A stretch of 64,000 nt of DNA from Eledone cirrhosa (GCA_964016885.1 OZ024740.1:172236001-172300000); one strand, 5' to 3'; counted from the stretch's first letter, positions 14,011 to 26,195 are shown. Notes: generated from the letters alone by a model not told the origin. A program made the numbers and translations.

Positions 14011-15772
14011 TGAGTCTCAGTCATTGATGTTATTTAACTGGAAAGTTTGTTGAAATGAATATCAAGCCGCTACCTGCAGCCTCAGATATTCAGGACGTAT
14101 CGGAGGGTTCTTGCTGTTCCCAGCAAGCATGCCTTTTGAAGTGTTCCAAAAAGCGGGGCTGGACTAACCTTCTTTAACCATCCTTGGAAACTCTTTGAGA
14201 TAGTACCTAGTGCGCCTATGACAATCGGGACAACCTTGACTTCATGGCAGTTCCAAATCCTTTTTACCTCCCACTTTAAGTCCTGGTATCGGTTAAATTT
14301 CTCCTTCTTTTATTGCACTCTCGTGTCGAATGGGCAGGCTACATCTACAATCAGGCACGATCTTTTTTCCTTGTCCAAAACCACCAGGTCAGGCCTATTG
14401 TGTTCTAATTTCTTGTCCGTATGTATCCTAAAATCCCATAGCACCTTCACCTGATCGTTTTCTATCACCGACTCTGGCTTATGCTCATACCACTTCTCAG
14501 AATGTGGTAAATTGTTTACTTTGCATAGATGCCAGTGGATCACCCAGCCTACCACATCATGTCTCCAGCCTTTATAATGAGTCTGGGCTAGGTGTTTACA
14601 CTCGGATACAATGTGAACCACAGTCTGCCTCTCCACAGATCCTACACAGTGGGCTAGTCTCCTCCTTGTAAATATGGTGTTTCAACCACTTCGTTCTGAC
14701 GGCCTGCTCTTGCGCATCCATTAGCATTCCTTCTGTAGCCTTTTTAAGGTCTCCTCTTTTTAACCAGTTCCATGTCTGTGGATCTCTAAATTCAGTTTTC
14801 TTAAAGAAGGTACTATGAAGGGATTTTTCATGAAAGTTCCTCCTTGTTGTTATTTCCTCCTTGGACATCCCTGGTCTATTATTTCCTCATTGTCCTCTCC
14901 TTCAGTACAATTTTGAGCACTGGCTCCCTACTGTCAGTCACGTATTTGTGCAGGTTGTTTTTCTCTATCTGAACACAGTCCTCTATGCTGATTAGACCTA
15001 TTCCACCTTCAGATCTCTTTAAGTAGAGTCTATCGACATCACTCCTCTTGTGGAACATGTAGATAGTCAATATCTATTTCTTTTTCAGCAACATTCCTAA
15101 TAATAGACACAGCTCGGGAATTCACTGCACTTATGACATTCCTACTGTTTAGATGTGATTTTAATACCCTCCTTACTCATCGAATGTATTCAGATCTTAT
15201 CAATTCCTTCATTTTTTTGTTCTTGATGTCATCAGCCTCCAGAACACCTAAATATTTGTATCCTTCTACAGTGTCAATTTCCTTTATCATCTCACCTGTT
15301 GGTACCTGGATTCCGTTGCTTCTGCTCAATTTACCCCTCTTCAGCACAAGGACTCCACACTTATTAATACCAAATTCCATACTTATATCATTGCTGAAAA
15401 TACGGACAGTGTCAACAAGTACATCCAACTCCTTCTCACTCTTTCCAAAGAGTTTAAGATCGTCCACGAAGAGGGGGTGGTTGATGGTAAGCTCTCCTTT
15501 TCCCAACTTGTATCCTGCTCTCACCTTTCGCAATATAACGGTCAGGGGCATCAGGGCAAGGACAAACAGCAGAAGGGACAAACTATCTCCCTGGAAGATA
15601 CCTCTCTTGATCTTCACGCCTACCAAGGATTCTCCACCCGATGTTAACTCTGTTTCCCAGGACTTCATACTTTTGCTCAACAACTGCCTGATGTTATCTG
15701 CCACCTTGAAGATCCTCTAGGATTTTGGTTATCCAAGAGTGAGGTACAATGTCGAATGCCTTTTTGTAATCT
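14011..15772 (-). mobile_element. R4/Dong-like RLE LINE, RT + RLE, 5'-truncated with internal deletion
   Basis: GIFQGDSLS, FVDDLKL, FGINKC, YKYLG, RLYLKRSEGG.GL, RPDLVVLD; closely similar to 4809-5777. Confidence 0.9.
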
Positions 15773-15998
15773 AAAAGTACCAGTAATGTACTTGGTAATT
15801 GCTGGCCTTGTGCCAAAAGTAGAAACAATTATTATTATTATTATTACCCAGTACATTACTGGTACTTTATTTTATCGACCCCGTAAGGATGAAAGGCAAA
15901 GTTAACCTCGGCAGGATTTGAACTCAGATTGTAAAGGGACGTAACTATGCTAGAAAGCATGGCGTCCAACCCTCTACCGATACTGCCAATTCACCGCC
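15773..15998. mobile_element. SINE 3' fragment (+, 15773-15846) abutting an inverted SINE (-, 15847-15998)
   Basis: Match to SINE consensus in both orientations. Confidence 0.8.
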
Positions 15999-16626
15999 TA
16001 AACAAATAATGAAACTGACCTCAATAACCCGATGTCATATCTGCAAACTAAAGACAACGACCGCAGTTAATGTTCTTAGCAGTTTTAATGGCTTCTTCTC
16101 ACCTCCCACGCTTAAGACTATTATTCAATCTACTACATACAACAACAGGCAATGTATAATGATGGTGATAAAGCCGAGTATTTTCTTTTTTTACATGTGT
16201 GTCAACATAGTTTGTTTTTGTTTACTTCTAAAGGCAACATCCACTCCCTCATTCCTCATCGATCCGGTGACTTTGTATAAGGTACTCTATATGAATATGC
16301 TTCTCTGAATTAGGTATATTTTAGCGATCTTTTCATTAAGATGTTCTGTATATTGGTGACCTGTATATTCCAGAAAATATCATATATTTTCACTAGCTCT
16401 GACAGTTGGCAGGTAAGCAATATACGGTACTGATGGAGTGAACATTAGTGTCTACCGTTCTGTTTATATGCCAACACAAGAGCAAGAATAACGGGGTCAT
16501 TCTACTCACATCACTTAAAAGGCTGTTTCCATAATTGCAAACGAATCAAATATTATTATTAATATTCGAAAAACGCAGATTTACATTTCTTGTATTCAGC
16601 CATGTAGAGCGATAAAAATATTTTTT

Positions 16627-16689
<63 letters not shown>

Positions 16690-16694
<5 letters not shown>

Positions 16695-16889
16695 CGAAGG
16701 AAATTTGGTAAGGAACCAGGTGGACCATAACGCACCAAAGTACTCAATACTTAGGGTAGTAGAGTGGGTAATAGGAACGAGTGGGACCCCGACGGCTGAG
16801 CTCAAGCCGTTTCGACGGCCAATTCTGGAGTCCAGAATTGGCCGTCGAAACGGCTTGGGCTCAGCCGTCGGGGTCCCACTCGTTCCTAT
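16690..16889. repeat. PLE pLTR fold-back (arms 16771-16829/16831-16889) containing HHR 3' halves
   Basis: 59-bp near-perfect inverted repeat; GAAA-CGGCT-loop-AGCCG-TC (GUC site) on both strands; flanked by (TA)n. Confidence 0.75.
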
Positions 16890-18367
16890 ATATATATATA
16901 TTATATGTGTGTATATATATGTGTGTGTGTGAGTGTGAGTGTGAGTGTGTGTGTGCGTGATTGTGAGTGTGTGTGCGTATTCGATGCGCTATTTCAGTTG
17001 CATAGAATCGGTGTGAGGCTTTCCATTCACTACAAGTCACGTAACACTGGCTTGCAACGGATAATTTGTACGTCGAGTATCTCTAGCTTATCACGAACTG
17101 CTATCGAATCTGCATTCCGTTTTCTTATATTTGTCACTAAGTGCCGTTTTGCCACCCACGCATCGTCATCAGAAAGAGGATCTCCAAGGAAATTTTTGAT
17201 AAGGAAGCACTCTATTACTGACATGCCTTAGCTGATAGTGAGGTTAAAGAGAAACTTGCCTATTTCTCCAATAAAAACCAATATATTTCTTCTATCCACT
17301 CAAAAAATTAATGTCAAGAAAGTTAATATGGTTCGCACCTCTTTTATAATCTTAGCCTTAACATCAGCATAAGCACAACATCCTTAGCCTTATTAGATAA
17401 GCATTTATCTCGGCATAGATATAGGAAAATATTTCATCGAAAATGTGTCACGATCGACTATACTTTTGCTAAAAATATGAACTCATTCATCCTAACAAAT
17501 GCGCCAAACTAAACACACCAAATTATCCTGCAGAAGGCTTGAGGCATGTCCACTAGATCAAACATGTAATATGGAATCCGTTTTAGAAGAATCAAAAATA
17601 ATCTCGACGATACCTAATCAGCTAGCGGAGATAAAGACTTCGTTAAACATTATACACAGATAAACCAAATGTCACAAACTTAGCCCACTAACCTAAAACG
17701 TCTTAACTCAGATTCCTAAATTAAATGGAAAATCCCAGACTAATACAGGCCATACACCAATAACTCTACGGAATATCAACTCTGTAAATTGGATAGAAGG
17801 ATCATCCTAAACAAGCTTAAGGCCTCAAATATCTGCTGCTACACCAGACAGGACTTCTTTAACATATTCCCACACACAAGGAAGTTCCTTCATAAATAAT
17901 GGCTTTTCTCACGTACCTTGGGATTGTTCATAGTCTCTCTACAGAAGCTTCATACAAAAGGAATTAGCTGTGCATGATTCTTTGTTGATAAACATGCAGC
18001 TTTTCACCCATGGATTCATAGCGGTACTTCTGTGCAATTTCCCCGGGTGTGAGTGTTTGGTTATCATGCGGGGAGTATTTCTCAATGAGCTCCTTCCCTA
18101 CTTTCATGACGTTATCTATCTCATGTAGAAAGGTATTTTCTATAGACGCTTAGAGGTTCGTAGATGTTGTCGGAGGGATATGATGCGACACTCAAATGCC
18201 GTTTGGACTGATATTAAACCTCTACAAACCCTGTTTGCGTTTCAGGTAGAGGTGGTCTATATCCCTGTCCAAGTGGAAATTTCCGGTACCGGGTAGAATT
18301 CTTTTTGCACAAAACACGCAAAAACAAGAAGGACACAAGAAATGAGAAATACAAAATAACAAATTTA

Positions 18368-18416
18368 GTTACTGAGGAGGTCACATAATGTGCGACGAAA
18401 GAGATTTGACAATAAA
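18368..18416 (+). ncRNA. minimal type-I hammerhead ribozyme motif (stem III weakened)
   Basis: GTTA-CTGAGGA-G-GTCACATAATGTGCGAC-GAAA-GAGATT-TGAC then AATAAA; degenerate relative at 40045-40088. Confidence 0.55.
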
Positions 18417-19198
18417 TAAACAATCATCTGGTTATTAAAACAACCAGCTGGAAATCTGTAATAAATTGAGGTGAAAACCAACAGGTACGTGTGTTTTATT
18501 GGCAGCATGACTCTTCTAAAGTATAACAATGTTTGTTTCAACACACGTTTTCAGATAAGAAATGCTGCAAATCAAATACAAAAACGGAGTATATATATAC
18601 ATATTTGAATGATTAATATTTTACTAATTTTCCTCCATTTAAAATGATTTTCAGAAATAGCTTTCAAATATCTATTAAATATGAATGAAAGTAGTTCCGT
18701 GCGTTTTCACTTAATTTCCATTGCATCCGTCCATTCATCGTTCGATGTTACTCGTAATTTCCTATGTGTGTGTGTGTGGGGGGGGGGGGGGGTGTATGCA
18801 TGACTGCATGTGGGTGTGTGGGAGTGAATGTTTAATAATGTGTGTGATGTGGGTGTGAGACATTTATTGCAACACACGACAATGTAAATAAGGCGAGAGA
18901 AATGAAACCGGATACAAACAAAAACCAAACTATCATCAGCTATTGTAGGAACCCCATATACATTCTTGGCGATAAAAAAAAAACAGAAGTGCTTGCCACA
19001 TGTATGAGGGTTATGTTTTTTAAACGATAACTTTTTTAAACGATAACTTTTTTAAACGATAACATTATTTAAATGATAAACTTAAAGATTTAAACAGACC
19101 ATTTATACATGAAAAATATGTGACAGCATCGTCAACAGGACTCGAACTACGTATCTGTTCGCAACTCACACATCTATGTATATAACATATACATATAT

Positions 19199-19385
19199 AC
19201 GGGGATTAGCAGTATAGGTAAAGAGTCGGACACCATGCTTTCCAGCATAGTTACGTCCCTTTACGATCTGAGTTCAAATCCCGCCGAGGTTAACTTTGCC
19301 TTTCATCCTTACGGGGTCGATAAAATAAAGTACCAGTAATGTACTGGATAATTGCTGGCCTTGTGTCAAATGTAGAAACAATTAT
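19199..19385 (+). mobile_element. SINE copy
   Basis: Same head/core/tail. Confidence 0.85.
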
Positions 19386-19485
19386 ATATATATGTCTAAC
19401 TGGCATGTATATATATATATATACATACATGCCAGTTAGACATAGCTTGGGGCTTACTGACCGAAACCTATCAAATTTATATATA

Positions 19486-19971
19486 CTAGCAGAAAAACCA
19501 CCCTTCGTGTGGTTTTCTGCTAGCATGTGTAGTGTGTATATTGATATTATACGCAAGTATATATACATGTAGATATGATACATCAAATAAAAATCGTAAT
19601 TGACAATATATAATACATAGAAATTGAGCGAAGACTTCGTTACACTGTCTTATGTAATCAGTAACGTAATCCATGATACATTAAAAAAAGACGATATTAT
19701 ATATAAACTGCATTAGCAGAAATTTAGTGACAGAAAATTAGTATGTTTATTTAAGCGATGGCCAACCGGAAGTGTTGGAATTTCAGATATTTTAAAGAAG
19801 TGAATCTTTAAATAAACAAAATATATTTAATCAATAGACACGGAATTTAGTAGATAAATTATGTAATATTCATTAATTATTTATTCAAAGTAATCCAACT
19901 TATTTTACTAATGGGATAAAAAATTAAAAACCGTACGCAGTCCCGCGCTCCTCCCTTTATTATAGCTTAGA
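19486..19971 (-). mobile_element. non-autonomous Helitron
   Basis: Minus strand A|TCTAAGCTATAATAAA ... subterminal hairpin ... CTAG|T; second copy 51617-52169 with same termini. Confidence 0.8.
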
Positions 19972-19977
19972 TATATG

Positions 19978-20028
<51 letters not shown>

Positions 20029-20184
20029 CTACATATATATATACATACATATATATATATATATATACATATATAACATATATATAGAGGTAGAACACTG
20101 GAAGGTAATATCCGTAGTGGTAGAGCACTTAGTCCATGAGACGAGTTAAATAGAAGTGGTAACACAACAGTTAGTTCACCATAC

Positions 20185-20222
20185 CGAGAACAATTGTTTC
20201 ACTTTAGCGGATCTTCAGCTCG
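20185..20222 (-). ncRNA. minimal type-I hammerhead ribozyme (left arm of fold-back)
   Basis: CGAG-CTGAAGA-TCCGCTAAAGT-GAAA-CAATTG-TT-CTCG. Confidence 0.7.
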
Positions 20223-20235
20223 GACTGGACCAGTA

Positions 20236-20273
20236 CGAGCTGAAGATCTGCTAAGGTGAAACAATTGTTCTCG
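20236..20273 (+). ncRNA. minimal type-I hammerhead ribozyme (right arm of fold-back)
   Basis: CGAG-CTGAAGA-TCTGCTAAGGT-GAAA-CAATTG(palindromic stem III)-TT-CTCG; degenerate copy 32801-32841. Confidence 0.75.
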
Positions 20274-20305
20274 GTATAGTGAACTAACTGTTGTGTTACC
20301 ACTTC

Positions 20306-20407
<102 letters not shown>

Positions 20408-21620
20408 TGGTAAACGGAAAAGAAGATGCTGACAAATTGTTCCCAGTAAAAAATAGTTTAATTAGGAATAAGTAAAAATTAGTAGTAGTATTGGTTAGTA
20501 TTCAGTTTTGGTTTTAAGTTTTACCGGTTGCGCATTTCTAATGCTTTAGAAAATAATTTTGAGATAGAGCGCCCGTGATGTTTGCTCTAATCTGATTAGT
20601 TTTGGAAATTCTATCTGTTTAACGTGAAGAAAGTGGCTCCAGATGTATTAAAATAAGTTTCGCGCCAATTCGTGTTGCAAAAATTCTTGTGGTCAAAACA
20701 ATTTTGATTGGTCGGTAGAGGTCATGTGAATGTTAAACATTGATTTTGCGCCAAATGTAGGTTTGTGTCGGCTGATCGTGAAGTCACTGAAAAATAAGTC
20801 TTTCAAAACAAATATTTGTGTGTATGTAGTAGTAGTAGTAGTAGTAAAGAGGTTCGTTGTTGTGATAATGGTCAGCAGGGATATGTGTGCGAACCGCAGC
20901 CTGTTGACAGTTCAAATGCCTATTAAGACAAGTGTGTATGGTGTGTGTGTGTGTGTGTGTGTGTAGCAGAGTAATTCGTGGTAGAGGGATGGTCAGTAGG
21001 AATGTGTCTGTACGTGTGTGGGGGATATTTTAACATGTTAAAAGATATTTTTCAGCTCTTGTCTTATACAGAGAAGTGTGTGTGTGTGTGCGTGTGTGTG
21101 TATATGTCTCTTTGTATGTTAATGTACGCGTGTGTATGTGTGTGTGTATATATGTGTGTGTGTGTGTGTGTGAGAATGTGTGTGTGTGTGTGTGTGGGTG
21201 GACCAGTATTTTTGTGATACTAGTAAAAATGGTGTACATTATTCGATATTTTCAGTAAAAACGATTCTCTCAATAGAACATCAAAAACCTTAATAATAAA
21301 AGGTGTGAAATGAAATATAGTATTGGCATAATACCAAGGTGTGTGTGAGTGTCCAGACTGTACGTATTGCAAGGGGAATCAATTAGGCCTTGCCGTATTG
21401 GAATACTTGTGTACAAATATGTATGTGCCCATCAGTGTGCAATGCATGTGTGTGTGTCGGCACGTTTATATCTATAGACATCAAAAGGTATGCAAATTTG
21501 TGTATATTTGTGTTGCACCATAGAACATGTGTGTTTACGTATGTCATTGTGTTTATATGTGGATAGAGATGTATGCTGATGTAGGTATGTATGTTGACGT
21601 GTTTATGTTGTGGGTTCGTC

Positions 21621-23946
21621 TTAGGGAGAAGTGTTTAGACGGGGTCCGTATTTGATAATAAAGTGAGATTCCTTGCTGGTGCGCTGGGTGTGGGTGGCAT
21701 AATCTTTAAATTTGTAGAGGGGAAAGATTCTGAAGTTGGAATGATTTTGGGCGGCACAGGTATCAATGTGTTCACTCAGTGGTATTTTCCTGTATTCCCG
21801 TATTTTAATTTGGGATCTATGGACAGTCATGCGTTGGCGGAGGCTGTTTTTGGTCTGGCCTATGTATTGTTCTCGACAACCTGAGCAAGTTAATACATAT
21901 ATTAGATTTTCTGATGAGCATGTGAAATTGTGTTTTACTATAAAACGTTGTCCTTCTTTGAAATAGAATTCCGAACCCTCTATTAGGTTGATGCATATGT
22001 CACAGTTGGGTCTATCGCAGTTTTTTTACTGTGGGTTTCGTTGTTGTGGTTGGCAGTACTTTGGCATGTGTTAGGATGTTTTTCATTGACTTAGATTGTC
22101 TTTTGCTCTTTATGATATCGTGTGTTCGTAGGATTTGGTTCATTCTATGGTCCTTTTTCAACACGGGCATGTTCTGGAGGATGATGTCAAAGGCCTCATT
22201 GTTGAGGGGGTTGTGTGTGGAGATGTATGGAAGAGCTTTTAGTTTCGGTTGATTTACTTTAGGCTGTCTAAGGTCCTGGGTATTGAGTTTTAGGGCACGT
22301 TGGATTCCATTGTCAATTAGTGATGCAGGGTAGTCCCTGCCCATGAGTGTGTCCTTTAGTTATTGTAGCCGTAAGTAGCAGGTGTTTTTATTGGAGACTA
22401 TAGTACAGATTCTCTTGGCTAAGTTGTAGGGAATATTAATTTTAACGTGTCTAGGGTGGCAAGAGTTGAAAGGAAGATATTGCTTGGAGTCTGTGGGCTT
22501 GTAGTATATGTCTGTTTCTATTTTTTTGTTATGGATCTTAATCAGGATGTCGAAGAAGGGTAGTTGTTGATGGCTGTATTCCATCGTGAAGTTAATATTC
22601 GTGTTGAGCCCATTTATAAGGGTGTGAAATTCTTTCAGTTTCTCGATGTTTTCGTGCCAAAGGATGAAGCAGTCATCTAGATATCGCTTCCAGTTCCTTT
22701 CTATGTGTAAGTGGAGAGTGTTTCCAAATTTGTTTGGGACTTTAGTGTAGAGGGTGATTTCCAGGTATCCCATGACTAGTTTGGCATAAGTGGGGGCTGT
22801 TTTCGTTCCCATAGCGGTCCCAGATTTCTTCCTGTAGGGTTTGTTATTGAAAACGAAGTAATTGTTCTCTAAGATAAATTTGAGTCCCTCTATCACGAAT
22901 TCTTTTTTGATGCGTTGTGGGAGTTCATTGTGGTAATTATCCAGCCAGAATTGGATTGCTTCTATTACTAGGTTGTGTGGTATGTTGGAGTATAGGTTGA
23001 CTACATCGAACGTCACTAGTAGGGTTTGTTCAGAAAGGGGCATATTAGGGAGGTGATTGAGCATATCTGGGTCGTCCCTTATATAGCTTTTGATATGTTT
23101 GAGAAAAGGCTTGAGAAGGGTATCAATGAAGTTGCTAAGGCGGTGGGTTTCGCAAGCGGGGCCTGCTATTATAGGTCTTAAGTTGAGATCATTGGGTGAG
23201 GGGACATTGATGACTATGTCTGTGGCTTCCTTGCATGCCTTACTTATTAATTCGCTTTTATGTACTTTAGGGATACCGTAGAAAAGGCTGGATTTACTTG
23301 TGAAGTCTGTGATGAAGCTGAATTCCTTGTTAGTGAGTCCTTCTTTGTATTGGTTGATTAGAGTTTTTAGGTTTCTCATAATTTTCTGTTGATTGTAGTG
23401 TTCAGCCTTTTCGTAGTATGTTTCGTTTTCCAAAGTGGAGAGCGCTAAGTTGATATAGAATTCTGTCTCCATTAGGACTACTGTACTCCCTTTATCAGCC
23501 TCTTTAATTGTAATGGTTCTGTCGGTTTTTAATCTATTTAATTCTTCCCATTCTTTCTTGTTGAGGTTTGGCTTGTGTTTTTGTCTGTGCAAGTGTTGGT
23601 AAGGGGAGTTTGTGATGTGTTCACAGAATTCGTCCATGATTTTATTTCTACCTTTTGATGGGGTGTAATTGCTTCTATTTCTGGCTAATGATTCATCCTC
23701 ATTGTACTGGTCGAATAGTTGTTCACTGAGTCGTAACTTTCTACAGAAGTTTGTGATGTCTTCCTTCATTTCATAGTAGTTAGGACGTAGTGGGGTCGGT
23801 GTGAATTTAAGACCTTTGGAGAGTAAGTTGATAAGGTTGGGTGTTGGTTCTGCACTAGTTAGATTGATAATTTTTATTACTCTCAGTTTCTCCTCCCTGT
23901 CTTGTGTTATTTTGTTTGCCTGAATCTGTGTACTGTGTCTAAAAAA
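21621..23946 (-). pseudogene. PLE RT + GIY-YIG endonuclease ORF (nonsense at 22360, frameshift near 22022)
   Basis: IINL...LLSKGLKFTPTP, ADKG, GIPKVHK, RPII, FDVVNLY, GTAMG, RYLDD, SCHP; CDRPNCDIC linker, NLIYVLTCSGCREQYIGQT..LRQRMTVH..LSEH. Confidence 0.9.
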
Positions 23947-25216
23947 TGGTTGGGGTAGAGGGGTTGTCTGCTGATGTTAAGTGCTCTCCTGTGTTTGTTA
24001 TATTCCTTGTCGTTGTAAAATGTGGTTCGGGTTCGTGGTTGTAGATTGAATGGGGTGTTCCTGTATTGCGAGTATGGATGTGTGTTTCTATGTGCCATGT
24101 TGGATTGTGGTGTTATAGGTGGCCTACGTTGTTGGTTGTATCGTGTGGTGTGGGTTTGTTGTGTATTGTGGAAGCGAGAGTTGAGAAAATGGAAATGACC
24201 TTGCTGTCCCCTTGAAGCGGGGAAGTTGTTACATCTATCATGGTGGTGGTATCTTTTCCCTATTTTGACGATGAGGCATCCGCGTAGTAGTTGAGTGATT
24301 TGGTATGGTGTCTCCTTGAAGAGGGAAAGTTGTAAATGTCATTCTGGGGGAGATGATTTCTAGGGTTTTTGTTCCTTCTTATGGTAGCGAGGTTGGGAAG
24401 TTCATCTTCGGTGTGGTGCTTCCTTCTTCTTTTGTTAGTGGCTGTGGAGTTTGCGAAGTTGTTGTGCGGTTCGGTTATGGGTTTTCCTATTTTTATGAAC
24501 GGGTTATTGGAGGTGTAATCCATTTGAAAAGTCGATTCATAGTGTAGGAACCAAGCGGCACTTTTTTCCCAGCGTTGAAGGGATTTCAGTTCTTCTCTGT
24601 TGCAGTCCCCTTTCCATAATCTAGAGATCTTCTCTACCTTGGGGCCTTCAGTTTTATTGTTGATTTCCAGGAGGATCCCTTTATCGATGGTTTTGATTTT
24701 TTCCTCATTTGTCTGGGCCCTTAATTTAAGAAGTTCAATTTCTGTCTTCATTTTTTCCAATGCCATTCTTTCCCTAAGGTGTCTTTGAGGTTCGGGTTCA
24801 TTTGGAATGGACTTTATTTGTATTTTACGGGGGAGAGTTAGAGGGGTTGAGTTAAGCCATTTTTCATATATCTCCGCTTTGTTGTGATTTTGTATCATCT
24901 TCCAGAATGAGAACTTTCTGTCTCTGAGGGATTTGTTCCATTTTGGAATTGTTCGAATTTTCATTTCGTATGAATCAATCTCACATGGTTCTTCGTTGGG
25001 TTTTCCTGGGTTGGTAGTAGTGAACATAGTTTGGATAGTATCGCAAAGGTTTTGAAGTTTATCGCCGATTTCGGAGGGTTTGTATCCGGTGACGGTTTCT
25101 TCATTTGTGGAGTCAAGTTTGTCGACCAGCACAGATAGGTTGGTGTTAATTTTCTTGAGTTCCAATAGAATCTCTTCATTTGTGTTGATAAGAGTTGTAT
25201 CTGTTTTTGTTGGCAT
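23907..25216 (-). pseudogene. PLE ORF1 (helical/coiled-coil-like N-half, R/N/H/Q-rich disordered C-half), one indel near 24262
   Basis: 336-aa ORF (ATG 25216) joins by one frameshift to an open frame running 24260-23907; repeated NFP(S/A)SR motif on both sides of the break. Confidence 0.65.
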
Positions 25217-25439
25217 TTTCTGTATCTCGTGTGAGGATATGATAGTTAAAAGAATAGAGGTGTAACACACGAGTTATGATATATTGGTAAACGGAAAAGA
25301 AAATGCTGACAAATTGTTTCCAGTGAAAAACAGTTTAATTAGGAATAAGTAAAAATTAGTAGTAGTATTGGTTAGTATTCAGTTTTGGTTTTAAGTTTTA
25401 CCGGTTGCGCATTTCTAATGCTTTTCAAAAATAATTTTG

Positions 25440-25472
<33 letters not shown>

Positions 25473-25829
25473 TAGATAGATATATATGTATGTATGTATA
25501 TATATATAAGTAATTAAATATATTAAACTTAAGTCAAATCTCAATTTGACCGGGGATGGGGGGCTTGTATATATGCCAGATCGACTAAAATAAGTCAGTC
25601 TAACTCATATAGTTCACCAACCATGGTTTTTGGAATCGAGGAATAATTATTTCAAAACATTGGAAGAATTTGATTCCGTCTTCAGCGAAGGAATTCTTTG
25701 GAATTCTTTGGAATAATGAAACCACATGCTGTCCAACACGTTGCGTCATTGACCTACTTAATGAACATCTCTCTCTGTATACATTAGGACAATACGGTGT
25801 GGCTTATACCCACCCCAATTGAGATTTGG

Positions 25830-25870
<41 letters not shown>

Positions 25871-26195
25871 TAAGAAGGTAATAGGGACGTAAACAAGAGT
25901 TCAATCGGGGTAACCACCGTAAGTAAGGTACTCAATACAAAGCAGAGTATAAATAGTGTGTGTTTGTAGACACCTGACGATACTCATTGTTAGTTAAGTG
26001 AACCTTAAAAATAAGGAGTGGCACCCCCAGGGTGAACTTGCCTATAGAATTATTTTTGCCTTTGCTACTCTAAATATAGTTTTAAAGAATTCCCTTTTCT
26101 TTAAACCCATCAACCAATGACTCTCAACCATCCCTATCACCACCCTCTCCTACCACCAGAAAAGATATAAATACTATCATATTACTAGGACAGTC

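Noticed and set aside
21621-22362. Selenocysteine recoding in the Naiad-type element
   Set aside because: Linker and GIY-YIG cysteines are TGC/TGT and the internal stop is TAA, not TGA.
25635-25690. Minus-strand CTGAAGA...GAAA-TAATTA-TT motif
   Set aside because: Stem II has 8 unpaired nt and stem I does not pair; kept out of the count.
25974-26025. CTGACGA box
   Set aside because: No GAAA or stem III in register.
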